Below are positions 56,039 to 64,000 of a stretch of DNA of 64,000 nt, piece by piece (position 1 is the stretch's first letter; each line of letters begins with the position of its first letter). Under the pieces are notes generated by a model. It worked only from the letters and a program-made list of their open reading frames with translations. It did not search any database and was not told the DNA's origin. The translations under genes were made by a program, and so were the position numbers. Source of the DNA: the human T2T-CHM13v2.0 reference genome, Homo sapiens; NCBI RefSeq assembly GCF_009914755.1, contig NC_060925.1. One strand, written 5' to 3'.

Positions 56039-57221
56039 CTGGGCAAATCTGCTTCCTTCCCAAGGGCTCACTTATAGGCGAGGCCGCAGCAGAAACAGTG
56101 AGGAGGAAGCAGTTGGAACAGAACAACCTCTCACATGAATAACTCTTGGCCCTCCTGTCTTGATGCTACCATGAAAGAAGAAAGCATCTAATATTTCTCC
56201 ATAATCTACCTCTTTAAAGTGAAATAATAAATCTGAGAATTTTAGCAGTGGACAAAAGGATAAAGTTCATCTGTATCAATGGCTTTCAAGCTTTCATTTA
56301 GCAGAGGAACATTTTTTAAAAATAGAGAATCACAGACAAACAATATCCAAGACATAAAAGTGGAGCTATCCTGATTGAAGCCCAAGGCCCATGGTCTTTC
56401 GCCTCCCCTGAGGAACTGAGGACGAAGGACAAAAACCATCCACCTAGGACACTTGGCCCCTGGACTGGAGAACAGCAAAACAAAAGTTAGAACTCAAGTC
56501 TCTACCTCAGCCTGGTGCCTAGGCAAAAAGATTGACTATAGGCTGTTCTCAGAACACTTGTGGGACAGCCTTCTGTGGTCAATGAGATTTATGCAGCATC
56601 ACGGGACATCTGTGAATTTCCTATAGACAGATCTACACCTCTTCTTACATGTTTCTTGTGTATGTTGCACTTTGTTATACACTGGATCTTCACACCTAGA
56701 GCCAGTCCCACTGGAGATGTGAAATAAACAGCTTACTACATGATGTGACTGTGTGACAACACAGTCATCATCTGACTCCAAACCTCTCCCCCAGCAGTCC
56801 GCCAAGATGCCTGACACTCTACCATTGGAGTCTCTAAGGAATTGCCTACAAAAGGCTCCCTTCAAAATTTAAATACATTTCATTGATTGCAAGGCTCACA
56901 CTGTATCATTTCTAAACATCTTTAAAATCAGGGCCTAACAAATCTCTGGACTCTTGCAGTTATAATTTTTTTAATGGTACATAAATAAATGTAGCATCTT
57001 GCAATCGATGTCATTTTAGATTTGAAGAAATACGGTATGTGACTTGGGTGGATGAGAAATAAATTAACCTATTAGCACCTTTGAAGGCTGAAGCAGATCA
57101 GAGTCCTCAAAAAATGGAGATAGGAGTGTGTGTGCATGTGTGAGTGTGCATGTGTGCAAGGTAGAGTCTCCGCACTAGCAGGGATCTCAGCAGACAAGAA
57201 CAAGCATGACAGGGAAGGGAG

Positions 57222-57381
57222 GGAGACATGGGAAAGCTTTCTTGGGCTGTGTGGAGCTTATATTCTGACATAGAGATTGAATAAATTAAGATCCTCATTT
57301 GGATACATGGCAAAGGTTTTTTGGATTGTGTAAAGTTTATATTCTGACATAAGAAATTGAATAAATTAAGATCCTCATTTG
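57222..57381. repeat. Diverged ~80-bp tandem duplication
   Basis: Two copies share ATTGAATAAATTAAGATCCTCATTTG exactly, with ~11 differences elsewhere. Confidence 0.85.
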
Positions 57382-59379
57382 TTCTTGGCAGCAAATGAGA
57401 TTCCAAAATGGTTGCTAGAGTTATGTTACAATGACATTCCTTATTTCAGAGTCTATAATCAAGCAAATCAAGTTAATCAAGTAAATATAAAATATACAGT
57501 TTTAAATGTAACTCATTCATTCTACCAAATGGACATACTCATCATTTCTCTGTACTGGCTAAAGATCAGATGGTAGCTAACATGAGACTTCGCGAGTAAC
57601 AGTTGGTCAACTAGACTTTTGTTTGTCCTTCCAGTCCATTTAGCTAAATGAACTATTAATTCATTTCACCAGCATCTTCTGCCTTAATCAAAGGTCAGCA
57701 GCCCAAAGGTATTTGCCAATCCTAGGATGACATTTAAGATCTAAAAAATAAAATATACTTTTGAAATACAGACATGCATTCATTAACTAATAATTATGAT
57801 GAAGACAAGAGTTTATTATTTAAACAATTTTTTGTTTGAGAACAGAAGGAGAAACCAAAATTGCAATCCAGGGACTTGTTATTTCGTCTTCCCTGCTGCA
57901 AAAATTAGCTATCACTTGGTGTCCAGCCAAGGCCATGAAGTCCCACTTTGCTTGTCTTTCATTATAAATTTGGAGATGTGCTCCTCTGGAAAACAAATTG
58001 GCACTAACATATAATAAAATTCTCTGCAAAAGGACAACAGCCCTTACAAATCACACAGAGGAAAAACAACAGTTTTCTGCTAAAAAATTCATCATGTCAC
58101 TGCCTGCAATTCACCAATATGGGTGCAAATGGTTGGAATATTTTTATGTTTGGCAGAAAAGATAAAGGTCTAAAGAAGAAACATCACTGATGGCTTAACT
58201 GAACAGAACATAATGAACTGAAAAATCTCTCAATTTTAGCAGATCCCTCTTCAGCCCTTAAAGCACTCCCAGTAGTGGTGCAAACCCTGTACTTAGGTTA
58301 TCTTGCAGAAGCTACTGGCATTTAGCAATGCGCTAGCTGATCTGAGGGAAGGTACAGGGAGATATAGAGATGTAGAAGTTGACCACTGAATGCAGCCCTA
58401 AGTGAGCAAATGGACTGAGAGAGCTAAAAATCTTGCAAACAGGTACCATTTGTAAAATCAGTTCCCCTTGTTTCAAACTCATTAATGGTGTATTCCTGTA
58501 TGCTGAGTTTCTGCAGAACATAGCCCATCTGGTTAGAAAAATGCCTACACCATAATTCAGCAGACATTTTCTGAAAATATACCACGTGCACGGCATTGAA
58601 TGGGGCACCATGGAGGATACATATTGATATTGTAGAGCATACCTGCCCCCAGGGAGCTCACCGTCCATGGGAGGGACAGAAATATCCACAATAGGAAGAT
58701 GAGCAGAGCAACAGTGTTGTCACCCAGTCACAAAGGGTAATGGGTGTGATGGGAGTCACAGAAGAGGGAGAGATGCATCCTGATGCTGGATGGTGGGAGG
58801 AATGGAGACGGTGTTCGGTCCACATCTTAACAGAAGAGTAGAATTTTAACAGGGAATGATGAAGAAAGTTCATTTAGGGCAGAAGACACTGTATGAACAG
58901 AAGAGATGATGGCAGGAAAATGCAGGGGTGTTTAGAGCAAGAGTGAGTTACTTGGGGTGATAGTGGTGGATAAAAAAGAGGCTGGATTGTGCTGGTTTGC
59001 CCAAATGTTGTCTGGCAGGACTGAGGAAACTGGGAGGCTGTGGATCAGGGGGGTATCCTATCAGGTCACACCATATGTCTTTGCCACCAATCCACCCTTC
59101 ACGGGCTCAGAAGAGGGAGGAGTAAATGCCTATGATAGCCTGATTTTCTAGCAGTTACAGGAATCACTGCCCTGCACACAGTCTGACCTCATGCCTTAGC
59201 CTTCATCTACAGAAACCAAGGCTTTATTGTAGTCTAGCAGCCACTGCAACAAGCCCACTTGGAATCAAGACACCCCCAGGGATACCAGCCAAAGGGAGCA
59301 ATGAGGGCAGAGCCCAGCCAACTGAGTGATGCTCATCCACCCCTCAACCTGGAGTTGAATTCACAGAGGTAAGCCCCAC

Positions 59380-59835
59380 ACTACAGTTAGAACATTTTCA
59401 ACACCCCAAAAAGAAATCCTATTCCTCTTGGCCCCTCGGTTCTATCTACCACCTCCTCAAACCTAGGCAACCACTAATCTACTTTCTGTCTATAAAAATC
59501 TATAGAGATTTGTCTATTCTGAGCATCCCATGTAAGTGGGATCATGCAATAACACCTTTTGCATCTGGTTTGTTTCACTTAACAGAATGCTTTCAAGGTT
59601 TATCCATGCTGCAGCATCTATCAGTATTTTATTCCTTTTTTATGGCCAAATAATATTTCACTATGGATACATCACATTTTATTAATCCATTCATCAGTTG
59701 ATGGATATTTGGGTTGTTTTGCTTTTTGGCCATTATGAATAATTCTGCTATGACCAGTTGTGTACAAGTTTTGTGTGGACATATATTTTTAATTATCTTG
59801 GGTGCATATATATGAAAGTGGAATTGCTGGGTCTT
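59380..59835 (-). mobile_element. L1MB/L1ME-type 3' fragment
   Basis: ggcaaccactaatctactttctgtct..tccattcatcagttgatggatatttgggttgttt..ggaattgctgggtc. Confidence 0.85.
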
Positions 59836-61724
59836 TTCTTCTCCATTCCCATTTCTTCTAGCACTTAACATGCATATCTATTAAATGAATAAATATCTGT
59901 TGAATGAATGAATAAAAGGCATCTCATCTTCTTAGAAGATTTTTTGGCAGTTAACTACAACACACACCAGCATTAACAACTACAATTGGCAGTTAAGCCT
60001 TGTCACACTTCCCTTTGTGGCTTATTTAGGTTGAGGTAAGCCAGGGACTCCTCTCACCTGCCTGATCCTTCTTGTGAAGCTGAGGAAGCTGGGGTGGGTG
60101 AGCAGAGTGAGCGTGGACCTCCCCAAATCACCCAGGAAGACAGAGGCTTGTCCCAACTCTGGCAGGTTCTCAGAGCAGCGAAGGCCCCAGAATCTGGCTG
60201 ACTCACTCCAGAAGATGGAGCTGCCAGGAGCCCAGTCAGCCGCGATGGGGCTTCACAAGGATGGCACCTCCATGCTGGGCTGTGGGATGAGGACAAGAAG
60301 GGACAGGGGCTGCATTCCCACCGACCCACCAATCTAAAGATGCTCAGGGCCTGGTGTGTGTGTATGTGGGGAGGTAGGGGTGGTGGCCTGGGGCACATGC
60401 ACCTGTATACACTTAGTATTCCTATGAATATGCTGCTACCCACAACCCAAGGCATATTATCAGTAATAAAGGGCCACATGGAGACTTGGAATTCTTATTC
60501 AGACAGCAGATGCCATGGTGAGGCCTCAGCCCATACCTCGTGCACCCTCCACACTCCTGCCCGGCTGGCACCGGGCTGCTCGGCAGGACAGCACAAGCAC
60601 CGGGCAAACTGCTTTGGCAGCTGTAACCCAGATTTATTCAGGGCAATGGGCGGCTAGGCAGGTTCCCTCCCAGCTGGTGCTGGGTAGGGCCATGCCCTTC
60701 CACGGGCATCCCTATGGCATGCCAGGCTGGGTCAGGCTCCTCACAGATGGTCTGGCAACACATGCTCTGACCCAGCACACAGCTTCTGGGATTCATTGGT
60801 CCAAGCAGAGCTACAACAAGCGACTTGGATTTCTAGGGAAGGAGCAGAAGGAAACCCCTCCTGCCACCGAGGCAGGGCTCTGCCGCCCCCTTTCCTCCCC
60901 CTATTGACTTTCCATCTGCCCTTCGAGGCCCAGCTGCCCACACACAGCTCCTGCCTCTTGTCATTGTGGGGCCCACATGGACACCCCCTCCTTCCTGTGC
61001 TCTCTCATAGTTTGATGGGCTATTTTCTCTCCAGCAAGACTAAAATCCTTAAGGCAAATAATAGTTCTCCTTCCATAACAGCTTTTTTGAGACCTTCAGA
61101 ACAGAGCCCCAAGTTCAGAAATCAGCAAAAACATTTTCTCAGCCTCATCAAGCCACTTTCATGTCTGATAGTCATACCCATTGACCTGGCCCTTACTCAG
61201 TGCCTCGGTGGTTCATGTAGCATGTAGCCAATATTTCGTGCCTAAATAATATTTCAGTCATTTTTTTAAAATGTCAAAAGGAGCACGTGTTCAACATAGA
61301 AAATACAAAAGCATTAAAAAAAAACACTACCCAACACCCCACATGCAGAAGCACCTCCTATAAAATGTTGGCGTGTATGCTCCTATTATTTTTCTATTTG
61401 TGTTTATTTATTACTTTTTTCAAAACTGTGATTCAAATGTGCGTGCTGTTTTACAACAAACATTATGAATAGATCATACTTCTATTTGATTGGATTTTTT
61501 TTGCAATTTTAATGGCTATGTAATATTCTATCACGTGGATGTCATGTGTTTTATTTAATCAGTGTTTAATTGTTCCTTATATTGATTGCTTTCCATTTCA
61601 AAATTTATAAATAATGCCATGATGAATAATCTTATACAGAAATAATTTTGCACACTTCTGAATATTCTTTTAGGATATTATGGGATCAAAAATTATAAAC
61701 TTCTTTAAATATTTTTTTAATTTC

Positions 61725-61850
61725 CTTTAAAATAGAGACAGGGTCTCTTTATGTTACCCAGGCTGGTCTCAATCTCCTGGCCTCAAGCAATCCTCCCACC
61801 TCAGCCTCCCAAACTTCTAGGACTATAGGCGTGAGCCACTGTACCTGGCC
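61725..61850 (-). mobile_element. FLAM monomer inside an old L1 fragment
   Basis: Alu left-monomer sequence flanked by AAATATTTTT repeats. Confidence 0.85.
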
Positions 61851-64000
61851 AAATATTTTTAAAGCTTCTTAAACTCATTGCCTAATTGCCCCTCAGATGA
61901 GTTATAGCGATCTACGCTCTTACTGAATTTGCCTACAACAATTTGTAATAAGCATCTTCTGATTGGAATCCTCAAAATTAAGAGAGGACAAGGGCTGAGC
62001 AGGCCCAGTGGTATCAAAAGGTGGAGTAAGAAAAAGTAATACCCAGGCACAATGCTATGCAGAATGGAGAGCCATGTGTTCATAAAAATACCTATATTTG
62101 TCAAGAAAATGTTACACCGTCCCACACACTCCCTACCCCCAGTGTCCTCTGCTGTAAGAGGCAGGCAAATATATAACACATTTTAGAAAGTGTTCCTTCC
62201 AAAGCCAGCACAAAAGCAAGCGTCCTTTCAGTGGCAGAGCGAGGAGGAATCTTGGTGTCAGGAATCCTGAGTCTCAAGGCCCAGCTGGTCTGCCATTCCC
62301 ACAGAAACATACCCATCGGGTGCCTTCAGCCTGACCCTCAGTTTCCCCATCCAAAAGTTACAAAGATTATGAGAAGCTACACAGTGGGATTATGTGAGCA
62401 TCAAACATGATCAAGTATGCCAAAATACTTTGTCAACAGTCAAACGCTGACCTTATTGCTGAGACTGGATGCTTGAAGCGGTAAGCACTGTTCACTTGAG
62501 AGGAAGATGTTCTTCCCTGGAGACACTGGAAGGACAGAGAGCTGCTGCAGTATCCCCACAGCACCTAAGAATACAGGAGCTGCTATCAGCGACTCTTTTC
62601 CACATTGCAGAGGCTGAATAAGAACTAGTTTCTGTAAGTCACAGGAGGAGAAAGCAAAGACCTTTGCCTATTTAAATTCCGGCCCACAAGGTTCTGCTCT
62701 AGACATGGCCAATTCAAAGCTTTTATTGGTCCTTCATGTCATGGGGATTTAACTGCTCTACATTTGCAGGAAGCTTAATTGGCTCCGTTGCTAGAGGATC
62801 GGCTCCTACCATTTTCCTTTACATTCGTGGCAGGCCTCAGAGGAAAAGGTGGAAATAATCATGTTCCAAGGTGAAATGAGGTGATGTGCTGGAAATCGCT
62901 TGGAAGTGTATAAAATACTAGGCAAAGGTAAGGTCTAATTGTCACCCCTGCTGGTGGAAGCACTAGCTATGCAGGAGAGCCTGTGTAGCACAGTCAGGTG
63001 AATTCCAGTGTCAGATCCAAGTCGTATTGAGTCCTCTGTCCCCTACAAAGTGCACGACATTGGGCACATTATTTTACCCACAAACCCTTGTTTCCTCCTC
63101 TTTCCAGCACCTTCAGCTCCCTGAACTTGTCTTTGTTCATGTGTTTGCTGACTGCCTTCTTCCACAGAAGCAAGCTCCAGGAGGCAGGGAGATTTTCAGC
63201 CTTGTTGACTGGAAGATCCTAAGACAAGGAAGAGCACCTGCCTCCAAAATTAGTTGTCAAACAAATGAGTGCCTCTGGCACTCCCTTAGGACACTGTCTC
63301 CAGGAATTCTGTTTTGTCCCTCCGACCACTTCAAGGACTCAGCTTGATGTCTGGAATAAGGGTGACAAGTTAGGGTTGTCAGTGGGTGACAAGAGGATGG
63401 GCAAGGAGGGGATGCCAGTGGAAAAATAATTAACTTGCATGAACTCAACAGCAACTTCCTTTAGGAAACTTGACCCACTCCTTTTTTCAAAAAATATAAC
63501 CACTAAAGGGATTGAGATTTTAGCATGGAATCTCTGTGGGCAATAAGCATTCCTAAAAGGGAGTGTTAATTTTAGATTGAAAAACACTCCTTGCTTTTGA
63601 AGAACATATACTCAATAAACATAATGTTTCCACTCAAAAAAAAAAAAGATGAATAGACTGACTCCAAACCAGAAAAGCTTAATTCTTCAAGTGTATATGG
63701 CCCCATACAGGCCAAAGCAGTCTTTCTGCCAAGACAGCACTTCCCACTTCATGCCTCCCTTCCTCTCTGCACCTCTGGAGAAAAGGCAGCCAGCTGCGGT
63801 GGGACAGGGTGCAAGGAAGCCAGCCTCTCCTAATAGAAATGGTGGGGCTACAAGCGCTGAATCAGACCTGGGCTCTGCCTCCGGGCCAGGACCTTACACT
63901 CACCAGCAGCTGTCAGGCGTAGGGACCTGCTCAGGACCAGTTCTGCTCTGCATCTACATTCCTAGCAACATATGTTGAGTGAACGATGGAGGAGAAGCCA

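Overview
Human genomic DNA containing the complete ATP1A1 gene (Na+/K+-ATPase alpha-1, a P2C P-type ATPase) on the + strand. I located all 23 coding exons by eye between 7582 and 38514. All 22 introns are GT-AG. The exon lengths sum to 3072 nt (1023 aa plus TAG), running MGKGVGRDKY...DKTGT...TGDGVND...KETYY. The gene has a CpG-island promoter (CRE, GC boxes, TATA-like box), an alternative 4-codon first exon (MAFK), a candidate MIR-derived TATA-driven first exon, and a poly(A) signal at 38820. Downstream lie a second CpG island (~52.6-53.0 kb) and minus-strand splice signals consistent with the antisense lncRNA ATP1A1-AS1, including a 95-codon smORF. There is also a U6 snRNA retropseudogene and many Alu, MIR, L1, L2, LTR and hAT-MITE relics. 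This is a well-studied locus and I found no convincing novel multi-gene system. The best leads are RNA-level: an inverted-Alu-flanked exon block that would circularise into a stop-less ORF, N-terminal isoform switches, cryptic splice sites, an antisense smORF whose stop codon lies inside a splice donor, and an Alu junction with a triplicated TSD. Gene names and repeat subfamilies come from recall, not from searches.
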